Below, piece by piece: positions 19,586-29,406 of a DNA stretch of 64,000 nucleotides. Source of the stretch: an uncultured Pirellula sp. (GTDB lineage: Bacteria; Planctomycetota; Planctomycetia; Pirellulales; Pirellulaceae); contig CAIYZV010000104.1 of NCBI GenBank assembly GCA_903930765.1, positions 539-64,538 of the forward strand, read 5' to 3'. The notes below the pieces were generated by a model. It had not been told where the DNA came from, searched no databases, and saw only the letters and a program-made list of their open reading frames with translations. Position 1 is the stretch's first letter. Every line of letters begins with the position of its first letter. The translations under genes and the position numbers were made by a program.

Positions 19586-20191
19586 GGTTGTATGCTAACG
19601 ACGAAGAGCCCTCATGGGCAAGATCCTCAGCCCAAAGACGAACCCAATCGGCGAATTCATTCTCTTGATATCCAGCAAGGCGACCAAGCATTCTCGACCG
19701 GTAACCTCCCAAGACGATTGCGATATTCCGATTTCGCCGCAGGTAATAAATCGGCATCAAAACCGCTTATTCGTCCTTTCGATCGCAGATGAAATCGTGA
19801 ACGAAAAACTTGTAAATCAACACACAGACCAAGATGAGTTTAAGCAAGAAGAGGACATGCATTTTGGGATACCTTTCCTGAAACATGAGTTCATCGAAAC
19901 GTTGATGCCTCCTATACGCCAACGAGAAAAACCAATGAACCAGCATTTCGAGGCGGATCGGAAAAACCATGAAGCCCCCCTCCCACTTTCGATCCAAGTC
20001 CCGTGTCTCCTAGCCCCGGCAGAGGGCGTTCCCTCGATGCCATGATTCCAGACTTGGGCAACAGACTGCGAAAGCGATGGGGCTCCCCCACTAGGAGCCA
20101 ATCCCGGCAACCCTCCACTTGAATTTGGCACGTGGACAAAACGTGTGCATGATGTAAACTGCGAGTGGGTTTTCACAACGAAAACACCACT

Positions 20192-20265
20192 GCCCCAGTA
20201 GCTCAGTTGGATAGAGCGCGGCTTTCCTAAAGCTGAGGTCGCAGGTTCGAATCCTGCCTGGGGTG
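20192..20265 (+). tRNA. tRNA-Arg (anticodon CCT)
   Basis: Hand-folded cloverleaf: acceptor GCCCCAG/CTGGGGT, D-arm GCTC-AGTTGGATA-GAGC, anticodon stem CGGCT/AGCTG with loop TTCCTAA, T-arm GCAGG-TTCGAAT-CCTGC; no encoded CCA. Confidence 0.9.
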
Positions 20266-20435
20266 TTGGCCCACCAACTATCTTGTTGATGTTCTGCTGA
20301 GCCGTTGCACCCCTTCTGCAACATAAAACCATTGTGAATCAAGAGTTTCTCCGACAAGCGATTCGACTTTCTCGCGAGAAAATGGAAGGCACGCATCGAT
20401 CGGATAACGAATCCGTATGCATATCGCATGTGGTA

Positions 20436-20470
20436 AATAAAAAACGGCTTAGCAATTCAGCTAAGCCGTT
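20436..20470 (-). terminator. rho-independent terminator ending the ACIII/caa3 supercluster
   Basis: Perfect 11-bp stem AACGGCTTAGC/GCTAAGCCGTT, 6-nt loop, followed on the minus strand by T6; about 35 nt after ctaF stop. Confidence 0.85.
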
Positions 20471-20504
20471 ATAGGTATTCGCAAAAGCGGCCGAACAACA
20501 CTAC

Positions 20505-20960
20505 TTAGTTGTCAATCTCGTCGCCCTTTGCACCCGGTTGCGATGCCTTGACCGTCGACTTGTAAATCAAATTCTCGCGGTAACCTTCCGCATCCATGAG
20601 AGTGAACCCCAGAAACAATGCGACGAAAATCAGACTACCCAGAATGACGATGGCATTGAGGGGCTTGTCCCAAAGCAAGTGCATGAAGAACAAAATAACC
20701 AACGCAGCCTTGACCGTAGCGATCGTCAGCGACAACCAAATTTCCGCGTTCCCAAGGTCGAACTGGGACTGATAAACGGTCAACCCGGTCAGAATCAGAA
20801 GAGCAAAGAATACGGCCAAAAGCATCCAAATCGGCATGGGGTGGGAAAACCCAGCGTGATGACCATGACCATGTGCATCGCCATGACCATGTGCAGCGCC
20901 ATACCCATGCTCGATTCCGTGGTCTGTTCCGTGTTCCGAATGTGTTGCGTTGTGAGCCAT
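20505..20960 (-). CDS. ctaF: cytochrome c oxidase subunit IV (prokaryotic COX4 family) with His-rich N-terminus
   Basis: Three TM helices, FFMHLLWD motif; ATG 20960 preferred over TTG 20990. Confidence 0.8.
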   Translation of the reverse strand: MAHNATHSEHGTDHGIEHGYGAAHGHGDAHGHGHHAGFSHPMPIWMLLAVFFALLILTGLTVYQSQFDLGNAEIWLSLTIATVKAALVILFFMHLLWDKPLNAIVILGSLIFVALFLGFTLMDAEGYRENLIYKSTVKASQPGAKGDEIDN

Positions 20961-21091
20961 GTCCAAATACCGATTTCGAGTGAACGCCAAAACAACTTAT
21001 GACCATCCCAGATCCTAATTGGAACGAACGCGTTTACACTACGTTCCAGCTGGGTTCGCGCTCGCGCGACAGCGATTGCTTGATTGAGTAA

Positions 21092-22177
21092 TTACGTGAT
21101 TAAGTAAAGGAGCGGGAACAAATAGATCCAAATAAAGTCGACCAAGTGCCAGTACAATCCCACGTTATCGACGGGTCCAAAGTACTGATCATGGAACTCT
21201 TCCCTGGCCGCTTTGACGATCAACCACGTGATCACGAGCATACCACCGATGATGTGAACCGCATGAACGCCTGTCATGCAGTAGTAAATACTGAAGAACA
21301 AACCAGCCATGCTTTTTTGATTGACACTGGCATCGGGTGTCTTCAACTCTTCAGACATAACCTTGACATCTTCAATCGACTTGTGCCCAAGAGCGATGAC
21401 TTCTCCACCTTCTTTCTCAGGAAGCAACTCACCAGCAGAGTGGTCTTGAGAATGGTCATGCGACGCTCCAGGGGAATGCTCATGCGCTGCATGCTCAGCG
21501 GCATGGTGAGTCGTTTCCTCAGCTTCCAAAATTCGCCCCAACTGAACTCCGCCAAAGAAGCATGCTCCCGCGACCAAGATCGGTCCAGCTACCTGCTGGT
21601 GGAACTTGCTCATGGTCGCAAGCGAATAAATGTAGTAGACACCTGCGATAATCGTGAGAATCAATGGAACGATGCAAAGGCTTCCCAAATACCCATGTTC
21701 GCCGTGCGCAGCTCCCGGAATCTGAGACACGTAGAACTTGCCAGGAAACAACCCCAGTTCCCACTTGTGGCTGTACTCAACAGCTTTCACACCCAAGAAC
21801 ATCGCAGCGCAACCGAGCGTCGCTCCGAGCATCCCAACTAGCAATTTGTGCTGCTTGAGTTGTGCAGCGCGAACCGCCCAAGCCATCGTTAACGAACTGA
21901 AAAGGAGCACCCCAGTGTTGATCGCCCCTAGCTTCTCGTTGAGGAAGCGACTGCAAAACTCGAATACTTGCGGGTCCCGATTTCTGTACAGCGAATACGC
22001 ACAAAACATACCGCTGAAGAAAAGGACTTCCGTGACGAGGAACAACCACATTCCAAGCTTACCCGCGTCGAATTGCTGTTCAGCGTCATCGAAGTGGTGC
22101 GCAAGCCATGCAGGATGGTCGTGATGATGATCCTGAGCGTGCTCGGATTCGTGTGCGGTCTCTTGGATTGCAGTCAT
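21092..22177 (-). CDS. ctaE: cytochrome c oxidase subunit III with large internal insertion
   Basis: KLGMWLFLVTEVLFF, YWHLVD motifs; 361 aa. Confidence 0.9.
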   Translation of the reverse strand: MTAIQETAHESEHAQDHHHDHPAWLAHHFDDAEQQFDAGKLGMWLFLVTEVLFFSGMFCAYSLYRNRDPQVFEFCSRFLNEKLGAINTGVLLFSSLTMAWAVRAAQLKQHKLLVGMLGATLGCAAMFLGVKAVEYSHKWELGLFPGKFYVSQIPGAAHGEHGYLGSLCIVPLILTIIAGVYYIYSLATMSKFHQQVAGPILVAGACFFGGVQLGRILEAEETTHHAAEHAAHEHSPGASHDHSQDHSAGELLPEKEGGEVIALGHKSIEDVKVMSEELKTPDASVNQKSMAGLFFSIYYCMTGVHAVHIIGGMLVITWLIVKAAREEFHDQYFGPVDNVGLYWHLVDFIWIYLFPLLYLIT

Positions 22178-22220
22178 TTTTCAACAAAGAGATGGTGTAG
22201 GGAGTTCAGTGAGTAGGAAA

Positions 22221-23897
22221 CTACGCCTTCTTGACGTAGCCGCCTTGCTTTGCATCGTACTCGATCCCGTTGAAGTCGTAGGGATCACCAACGGTTGGAG
22301 CAGTAGCGAAATTATCGTGCGGGGGTGGCGAGGAACATACCCATTCCAAGGTTGCACCACCCCATGGATTGGTGGGGGCGCGACGACCGTAGAACAGCGA
22401 ATGCAACAAAACTAGAAGGGCTACCAACAAACCAATACCCAAAGTTAGCGAGCCGATCGTCGACAGTCGGTGCAAGTCTTGGAACTCTTCCAGATACGTC
22501 GCGTAGCGTCGCGGCATTCCTCGCGTGCCCAGCACGAACTGAGGAAGGAACGTCAGGTTGAATCCGACGAACACGATCGCAGCCGAAATCATGCCGACGT
22601 TGTCGTTGAACATCTTGCCGGTCATCTTTGGCCACCAATGGAAAAGTCCACCCAAAAACGCGACGAGCGTACCACCCATCATCACATAGTGGAAGTGCGC
22701 CACGACGAAGTACGTGTCGTGCATGTGCATGTCCAACGCAAGGGCTCCAAGGGGCAATCCGGTCAAACCACCGATCGTGAACAAGAAGATAAACGCGAGG
22801 GCGTAGAGCATCGGAGTGTTGAGTGACACGGTTCCTTGGTACATCGTGCCGAGCCAATTGAAGACTTTGATCGCCGACGGAATAGAAACCGTAAACGTCA
22901 ACGCACTGAAGACGATGGTGGTTACGTCTGCCATCCCGGAGGTGAACATATGGTGTCCCCAAACGAGGAACCCGAACAACGCGATCGCGACCGAGCTGTA
23001 GGCGATCATCCGGTATCCGAAAATCCCCTTGTGGCAGTGGACACTCATCAACTCGCTGATGATCCCCATCGCTGGGAGAATCATGATGTAAACCGCTGGG
23101 TGCGAATAAAACCAGAAGAAGTGCTGGAACGTTACCGGGTCACCGTTGAGCTTTGGATCGAAAATGCCAATCCCAAGCAATCGTTCCGCGGAGAGCAGCA
23201 GCACGGTGATCCCGAGCACAGGTGTCGCGAGGACTTGGATGATCGACGTCGCATACGTTGCCCAGAGGAACAACGGCATACGGAACCATGTCATTCCGGG
23301 TGGACGCATGGTGTTGATCGTCACAATAAAATTCAAACCGGTAAAGATCGAACTGAATCCGAGAACAAACACTCCAAACGTCGCTGCGAGTACCGCCCCA
23401 CCTTTCTGGGTTTCAATACTGTAAGGCGTGTAGAATGTCCATCCGGTGTCCAGTCCGGTGATCGACAACGCGGTCAGGAACAACACCAAGCCGGTCACCC
23501 ACAGGTAGAAACTACCAAGATTGAGCCGGGGAAATGCCACGTCCTTGGTCCCCAACATGATCGGTAACAGGAAGTTACCGAGCGCCGCGGGGATGCTCGG
23601 AATGATGAACAAGAAAACCATGATCGCGCCGTGCAGCGTGAAGACTTGGTTGTAAGTTTGGTTCGACAACCATCCATCCTTGAAGTTCCAAAGATGCAAT
23701 CGGATCATCAAAGCGAACATCCCGCCCAATGCGAACGACGACATGACCCCCACCAAATACATCAATCCGATGCGTTTGTGGTCGAGCGTCAACGCCCAAC
23801 TCAAGAACCCACTCGTGTGGTTCAAGAAGTGATGTTCGGGGTAGGCTGCGCCTTCCCCGGATGCTGGTGAAACTATCGGTCGATCTGCAACACTCAT
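22221..23897 (-). CDS. ctaD: cytochrome c oxidase subunit I
   Basis: [29 protein letters not shown] motifs; ATG 23897 preferred over TTG 24014. Confidence 0.95.
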   Translation of the reverse strand: MSVADRPIVSPASGEGAAYPEHHFLNHTSGFLSWALTLDHKRIGLMYLVGVMSSFALGGMFALMIRLHLWNFKDGWLSNQTYNQVFTLHGAIMVFLFIIPSIPAALGNFLLPIMLGTKDVAFPRLNLGSFYLWVTGLVLFLTALSITGLDTGWTFYTPYSIETQKGGAVLAATFGVFVLGFSSIFTGLNFIVTINTMRPPGMTWFRMPLFLWATYATSIIQVLATPVLGITVLLLSAERLLGIGIFDPKLNGDPVTFQHFFWFYSHPAVYIMILPAMGIISELMSVHCHKGIFGYRMIAYSSVAIALFGFLVWGHHMFTSGMADVTTIVFSALTFTVSIPSAIKVFNWLGTMYQGTVSLNTPMLYALAFIFLFTIGGLTGLPLGALALDMHMHDTYFVVAHFHYVMMGGTLVAFLGGLFHWWPKMTGKMFNDNVGMISAAIVFVGFNLTFLPQFVLGTRGMPRRYATYLEEFQDLHRLSTIGSLTLGIGLLVALLVLLHSLFYGRRAPTNPWGGATLEWVCSSPPPHDNFATAPTVGDPYDFNGIEYDAKQGGYVKKA

Positions 23898-23982
23898 GTT
23901 TATTTCCAACCTGTCGTTTTGAGTAAAAACTCTTGCGGTGGTATATTGTTCCTGTCGGTATCCAATCCAATGACAGCAGGTT

Positions 23983-25020
23983 CTACTTGCCGGTCTTGGC
24001 GGGAGCGTTCTCAAGTGACTTCATAAAGGTGATCAACGCATCGATCTGCTCGTCCTTGATCCGTCCAGCGTAACTGTTCATCGGGGACGCAGCTCCGTAT
24101 CCCTTGCGCTTCTTCGCAGGTGGATTCAAGATCGATTCGCGAACGTAATTCTCGTCGAATTGGACCGATTCCCCGGACTCCAGCGGAACCGATTTGCCCC
24201 ATGAACCATTGTAACTCGGTCCAGGTCCGTTGGCCCCTTCATCACCGGCATAGTGGCACGTCGAACATCCCAGCCTCTTGTAGAGAAGCTTGCCTCGTTC
24301 GAGCGGATCCTCGGGCTCTTGAACGGCTTTTTCAAGTGCCTTCTTGTACTCCTCTTCGCTGACCACTTCAACCTTTGCGTTCATGTTGCTGTGGTTGTCA
24401 CCGCAGTACTCGGTGCAGAACAAATCGTAGATCCCCGTCTTGGTGGTATGAAACCACATGTAGTTGTATCGTCCCGGAACCACGTCCCGCTTCGCCCGGA
24501 ACGCGGGGATGAAGAAACTGTGAAGCACATCCTCAGATCGCATGATCAATTTGATGTCTTGATCCACCGGCAGTACCAACTTTGGATAATCGACAGTGCC
24601 GATCTTTTCAAAAGAGTTTTCGCCGCCATTCTCGTACTTGAACGACCACACCCACTTCTTTGCGGTAACGTTGACGTCCACGGTCCCTTTCGGAATCCGG
24701 GCCATATCGAGATAGCCTACGGCCCCCTCCCAGAAAATCCAGACGACAATCGCTGTCGGAATCACCGTCCACGTGATCTCAAGCGGGGTGTTATGAAGAG
24801 CCTCCGGGGACCCTCGATACCCAGGCCGTTCGCGATACGCCCACATGAAGTAGACCATCGCGATCACGATTGGGACGAAGAATAGGATGCAAATCCAAAG
24901 AATCCCGGTGAACAAATAGTCCACCTGCGGAGCAAATGAGGAAGCTCCTTCTGGGAACCACGCGTAGGGCGCTACTTTGTCGGCAAGGATGAATGGCATA
25001 TCTGACGCTATCGAATACAT
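23983..25020 (-). CDS. ctaC: cytochrome c oxidase subunit II fused to C-terminal cytochrome c (caa3 type)
   Basis: CuA site [12 protein letters not shown] and C-terminal CSTCH haem motif. Confidence 0.93.
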   Translation of the reverse strand: MYSIASDMPFILADKVAPYAWFPEGASSFAPQVDYLFTGILWICILFFVPIVIAMVYFMWAYRERPGYRGSPEALHNTPLEITWTVIPTAIVVWIFWEGAVGYLDMARIPKGTVDVNVTAKKWVWSFKYENGGENSFEKIGTVDYPKLVLPVDQDIKLIMRSEDVLHSFFIPAFRAKRDVVPGRYNYMWFHTTKTGIYDLFCTEYCGDNHSNMNAKVEVVSEEEYKKALEKAVQEPEDPLERGKLLYKRLGCSTCHYAGDEGANGPGPSYNGSWGKSVPLESGESVQFDENYVRESILNPPAKKRKGYGAASPMNSYAGRIKDEQIDALITFMKSLENAPAKTGK

Positions 25021-25031
25021 AGGATAGGAGG

Positions 25032-26009
25032 TTATTGTTGTATCGTATCGGAATTGGCGCCGGTTGTCGTGCGACGATTCGTCTCGCCGGGCAAGTTCAT
25101 TTCACCGGATCGGCTTAAATTCATCGGCTCCATCACGCTTGAATCGACGTTTTCTGCAACAGACCCACGGGTCGCTCGCTTCCGGTGAAAAAACCAGAAA
25201 GGAATCGAGGCCGTCAACCCTACTGCCACGAAGATCCCGGCAACGATCGAGAGCAGCCGACGGGCACTCGAGGAATACCGGTTCTCCATCGCATCGTAGT
25301 GCACGCACCACAACGCAATCATATCCATCGAGGACCCCACACGACCTTCGCCCGCTTCGACAATGGCCATCTTCAAGGTGTTTCCGGTCAATCCTAGCTC
25401 ATACAAGTAGCGAGTCAGGCGTCCGTCCGGGGAAATGAAAATCGCTGTCGCAGGATGGTTGTACTGATCGTGCTTTGCGTCGTAGGTGTACCGAAATCCA
25501 ACCGAATCGGCCAATTTTGCAATGCTACTCGACTCCCCCGTCCAAAACTCCCACCCATCCGCTCGGTGCTGGTTGAACAGGTCCTGACTGTACCGCTTGT
25601 GCGTGCCTGCAGCCTTTTCGCTCGATTCCCGGGGATCGATGCTAACTGATATCACCTGGAAATCCCGCCCCAAACCGAGCGAGGTAACTTCGTTCAAACC
25701 TCGCAAAAGCCCATTCAATTGCGCAACGCAGAGCCCCGGGCAATTGCTGTAATTCAACGTCAGAATCACCGGTTTTCCCCGTCCCAACGCCTCTTTGAGG
25801 CTGGTCGGTTGCCCCGTGTGATTTCGAAAACGCAATTCCAACGGCAAATCGTTCGCACCGAGCCGCTCGTCGACCCTCACCCCTTCCATTTCCTTCGGAA
25901 GCGAGTTCGACAGATAGTCGTAGTCCGCAAATAACCGATCCACTACCAGACCAACCATCAAGCCTGGCAGCAGCAAAGACCAAATTTTCAGGACCAAATA
26001 CCTGTTCAT
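25032..26009 (-). CDS. SCO/SenC family copper chaperone, membrane anchored at both ends
   Basis: Thioredoxin-like CPGLC motif, N- and C-terminal TM segments; 11 nt upstream of ctaC. Confidence 0.85.
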   Translation of the reverse strand: MNRYLVLKIWSLLLPGLMVGLVVDRLFADYDYLSNSLPKEMEGVRVDERLGANDLPLELRFRNHTGQPTSLKEALGRGKPVILTLNYSNCPGLCVAQLNGLLRGLNEVTSLGLGRDFQVISVSIDPRESSEKAAGTHKRYSQDLFNQHRADGWEFWTGESSSIAKLADSVGFRYTYDAKHDQYNHPATAIFISPDGRLTRYLYELGLTGNTLKMAIVEAGEGRVGSSMDMIALWCVHYDAMENRYSSSARRLLSIVAGIFVAVGLTASIPFWFFHRKRATRGSVAENVDSSVMEPMNLSRSGEMNLPGETNRRTTTGANSDTIQQ

Positions 26010-26023
26010 TATTCGCTGATTGA

Positions 26024-26371
26024 CTACGTTCCCGCTGGTGCGGATGCTCCAAATTCCTTGATAACAGCCTTTTCGGCCTCGCTCACAGGAATGTGGATTA
26101 CTTCCTTCATCTTAGGTTGCTCGCCCTTCGCCGGGGGTGGAGCCGACTCATCGATTACCTGGGCTTTATTATACCCGTCAAGAGACTCCAATTGTTCACT
26201 CTTTACCTTGCCCGGCTTGTCAATTCCCGATGCAGTACGGCTGTTGTCCATCCAGTTGACCATGTTGTAGCAAAGGGCTTGGGTCCCTTGCAAAACGATC
26301 ACCAATACCACGATGCTGAGAACCGCTGAGTAGGCGATCATGTTCGTGTTGAGGTCGTCGTAACGTGCCAT
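26024..26371 (-). CDS. small single-TM protein in ACIII cluster (possible ActG-like subunit)
   Basis: 115 aa, one TM helix (AYSAVLSIVVLVIVL), position between actF and SCO. Confidence 0.6.
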   Translation of the reverse strand: MARYDDLNTNMIAYSAVLSIVVLVIVLQGTQALCYNMVNWMDNSRTASGIDKPGKVKSEQLESLDGYNKAQVIDESAPPPAKGEQPKMKEVIHIPVSEAEKAVIKEFGASAPAGT

Positions 26372-26400
26372 AGGTTTTTAGCCTCCGAGTCTTCCCGTAT

Positions 26401-26430
26401 CAGTGTTTATCAGTTCAGTGTTTATCAGTT
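26401..26430. repeat. perfect 15-bp tandem duplication CAGTGTTTATCAGTT x2
   Basis: Read directly; abuts the actF stop codon (26433-26435). Confidence 0.9.
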
Positions 26431-26432
26431 GT

Positions 26433-27764
26433 TTACAAGATTGGATTTGCGTAGGTCAGCGACTCCGGCAAGCGCGGATCCCGCATTGGAACAAGCGGAA
26501 CGTTGGTGGCGCGAACCAGGAAGAACGCGAAAAATATGAAAAGCATGCCAAGACCACCCAGCAGGTGACCTGCGAGCGGAATCAAGCTCAATGGGCCAGC
26601 GTTCGGCATGATCAAGAAGGTCATGTCGAGCCAATGGACAACGAGAACCCAGATGGCCCAGAACACGAGGCCCGGACGATTCCGCCGTACATGCCGACTC
26701 ATCGTGCCCAAGAAAGGAATGGCGAAGTGCAACGGGATCAACCCGTAGGACAAGTACTGCCATCCATCCTTCAAACGTACCGCAAACCAATACGTCTCCT
26801 CCGGTATGTTCCCGTACCAGTACAGAAGCAACTGGGAGAATGCGATGTACGACCAAAACATGATGAACCCGAACATGAACTTGCCCATGTCATGGAAATG
26901 CTCCACGGAGACCAAATTCTGAAGCTTGCCTGCCTTTTGCAGACCCGCATTGATCAGAATCATTGTCGCAAAAAAGGCCATCATCCCAGCGGCGAAGAGA
27001 TACACGCCAAAAATGGTGCTGAACCAGTCAGCGTCGATGCTCATCACCCAATCAAAGGCCGCAAAGCTCGCCGAGAGGGCAAAAATCATGATGCACGGCC
27101 CACTCCACTTTTGCCGGAGCAGCGAATGCTCAATATCCCCAGATTCGTCTTGCTTGCGACTCTGGGAGTAGAACCAAGCCCCCATCAGGGCCCACAATCC
27201 GAAATACAAAGCAGCACGCAATGTGAAGTAGTTCTTGGTCAAGTACCCCACATCGATCTTGGCTTTGATCACACTGCTGTGGACATTCTCCCTCACATTC
27301 CACTCGTAGAGCGCATCGCTATTGGCGTACAGCAAAACGATGATCGGAAGGAAGAGAACCGCTAAAAAAGGGATGGTGGACATGATCAATTCGGCAATCC
27401 GACGAATCGAAGTGCTCCACCCAGCACGGGCGACGAATTGAACCAAGATAAAGAACAAAGCGCCCAAGGCGATCGTCATGACATACATGAAGTTCGCCAA
27501 GTACGAATGCGTCACGAACTTGAACGCGGCTACGCCATCCGATTTATCAGCACCCTGCGTGAACAGCGCAAACACAGCCCCGGTCACCAACAAGGCGAGT
27601 CCTGCAGCAAACAGGATCGGCGACTTGTTCTTCCACTGGCTTGGCAGCACTATGGTTTCTTTGTCGTATTGAAGGCTCATGGAATTGTTGCTAACGGTTA
27701 TTGCGAAATGGATGTGTGATTGCTTGATTGGACTCGTCATCGCACAGCCTCGTGAGCCATGCAT
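26433..27764 (-). CDS. actF: alternative complex III subunit ActF (NrfD-like membrane subunit 2)
   Basis: Polytopic membrane protein paralogous in pattern to ActC, in act operon position; start uncertain (ATGs at 27764, 27740, 27680). Confidence 0.85.
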   Translation of the reverse strand: MHGSRGCAMTSPIKQSHIHFAITVSNNSMSLQYDKETIVLPSQWKNKSPILFAAGLALLVTGAVFALFTQGADKSDGVAAFKFVTHSYLANFMYVMTIALGALFFILVQFVARAGWSTSIRRIAELIMSTIPFLAVLFLPIIVLLYANSDALYEWNVRENVHSSVIKAKIDVGYLTKNYFTLRAALYFGLWALMGAWFYSQSRKQDESGDIEHSLLRQKWSGPCIMIFALSASFAAFDWVMSIDADWFSTIFGVYLFAAGMMAFFATMILINAGLQKAGKLQNLVSVEHFHDMGKFMFGFIMFWSYIAFSQLLLYWYGNIPEETYWFAVRLKDGWQYLSYGLIPLHFAIPFLGTMSRHVRRNRPGLVFWAIWVLVVHWLDMTFLIMPNAGPLSLIPLAGHLLGGLGMLFIFFAFFLVRATNVPLVPMRDPRLPESLTYANPIL

Positions 27765-27776
27765 TGCCGTGTGGGG

Positions 27777-29246
27777 CTACTTGGCCTCGCTCAACTTACT
27801 TCGATCTTCAACAGGTACATCCTCGATCGTTGCATTGCGCGATCGCTGCAACGCCTTGACATACAGCACTATCGCCCAACGCTCCTTCGGAGTCAGCGAC
27901 GACGCGTAGGATGCCATCTTGCCTTGGCCTTTGGAAATCGTGTGGAAAATCTGACCCACAGGCTGCTTTTGAACGCGATCCAAGTGAAGGGATGACGGTG
28001 GCGTCCAAGTGTCCTGGAGCAAACTCGCGGCGCGTTGCGCTACCAACCCATCACCAAACCCTGAGTACCCGTGGCACGTCGAGCAATAGATCTCATACTT
28101 GGTCCTGCCAAGCTTCATATGCTCTTCGTCCGCTGCGATCGGTAAACGATCGATCCATGGCAAGTTCGGAACGGCTCCCGCCGCAGGTGCAGCAGCGGTC
28201 TGCGCAGGGGGCACAGCCACAGGATCCGCTGGCTTTTGCTCCGTTGCCGCGTCCGCAGGCTTCGTCTCCACTACCACTTCCGACTTGGGGGAGTCTGCAG
28301 CAGGAGCTGGGTCCTGTGCAGGAGCTGGGTCCTGTGCTGCTGGGTCTTGGGTCGATACTAGGATCGGATTTCGGACTTCCGCCAAGGTGACTTTGGATGG
28401 GTCCCAACCCAAGTAAAATGGGTCTTGTTCGGTCAATTGGCCCCGGGCGATCGTTCCCTCAACCTGAGGACGCATGGTCCGTCCATCGGCGAAAATCGTG
28501 GTCGTTTGCTGCGGCTTCTTCTTGGGCTGGAAGTCCATGTCGAAAAAGACGTGCCATCGAGGCAGGTCGCTAAATCCTGCACGCATGTTCAGCACGATCA
28601 TTGCGGGAATCAACCCGGCCAGCACGAGCAGCAACGATCCCAACCAAATCGGTCGTGGCAACGTGGTCGGCGATGGATCTTCCATCACTTCGTCGAGCGA
28701 CTCCGGATGAGCCGACGAAAGCAGCTCCTTGACCGATTCGCGGTTGTAATACCGATCACCCGCATCGACGTACAGAAAAAACCTATCATCGGTCGCTCGG
28801 TCGAATCGCGGATTGGTGAAAATAGGGTTGCTCAACCGTGGCAATCCGTTGAGGGCCAACATCCCCAGCACCGACGTGAACGCGGAGAAAAGGATGGTCA
28901 ACTCAAACGAAACTGGAATCGAGGCGGGCGTGATCCCGAAGGGCTTGCCCGAAATGATGTACTTGTAGTCAACACCATTCATCCACCACTGCATGAGCAG
29001 AGCGGTCAACAGTCCCGTCGTACCCGCACACAAAACGATGAATGGCAAAATCGTCGGCTTGATACCGAGAGCCTCATCGATTCCATGCACCGGAAATGGT
29101 GTGAATGCATCGGTCTTGGTGTACCCGGAATCACGAACCTTGCGAGCCGCTTCGAGCAACGCATGCTCGTTGGAAAACTCCGCAACCCACCCCGTCGAAC
29201 GTGGTGGCTTCGGTTCACTGGTTTTTCGTGGCTTGTGTTCACTCAT
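27777..29246 (-). CDS. actDE: alternative complex III ActD-ActE fusion (DUF3341-type membrane domain + monohaem cytochrome c)
   Basis: N-terminal ActD pattern (GWVAEF..A..VRD.GY...DAFTPFPVHG), TM helices, P/A/D-rich linker, C-terminal CSTCH cytochrome c. Confidence 0.85.
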   Translation of the reverse strand: MSEHKPRKTSEPKPPRSTGWVAEFSNEHALLEAARKVRDSGYTKTDAFTPFPVHGIDEALGIKPTILPFIVLCAGTTGLLTALLMQWWMNGVDYKYIISGKPFGITPASIPVSFELTILFSAFTSVLGMLALNGLPRLSNPIFTNPRFDRATDDRFFLYVDAGDRYYNRESVKELLSSAHPESLDEVMEDPSPTTLPRPIWLGSLLLVLAGLIPAMIVLNMRAGFSDLPRWHVFFDMDFQPKKKPQQTTTIFADGRTMRPQVEGTIARGQLTEQDPFYLGWDPSKVTLAEVRNPILVSTQDPAAQDPAPAQDPAPAADSPKSEVVVETKPADAATEQKPADPVAVPPAQTAAAPAAGAVPNLPWIDRLPIAADEEHMKLGRTKYEIYCSTCHGYSGFGDGLVAQRAASLLQDTWTPPSSLHLDRVQKQPVGQIFHTISKGQGKMASYASSLTPKERWAIVLYVKALQRSRNATIEDVPVEDRSKLSEAK

Positions 29247-29406
29247 AATGGTTATCGAGTTGTATCCGCGCCCAATCGTATCTTATGGTTTTCTGCTCGC
29301 TTCGCTCGGATTTGCCCGAGCTCAAGCGATCGCTTTTTATTCCGCAGGTTTCCCCGCTTGATTCCGGCAGCCTCGGGATTCCTCCGAAACTACCATCTAT
29401 ATCGTT

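Noticed and set aside
19586-19760. Possible TPP riboswitch upstream of thiE
   Set aside because: The minus-strand sequence lacks the CUGAGA ... ACCUGAUCUGGAUAAUGCCAGCG core in the right order. Only a CUGAGG fragment is present.
19817-20332. 171-aa minus-strand ORF
   Set aside because: It runs antisense straight through the tRNA-Arg gene and the low-complexity flanks, so it is a spurious frame.
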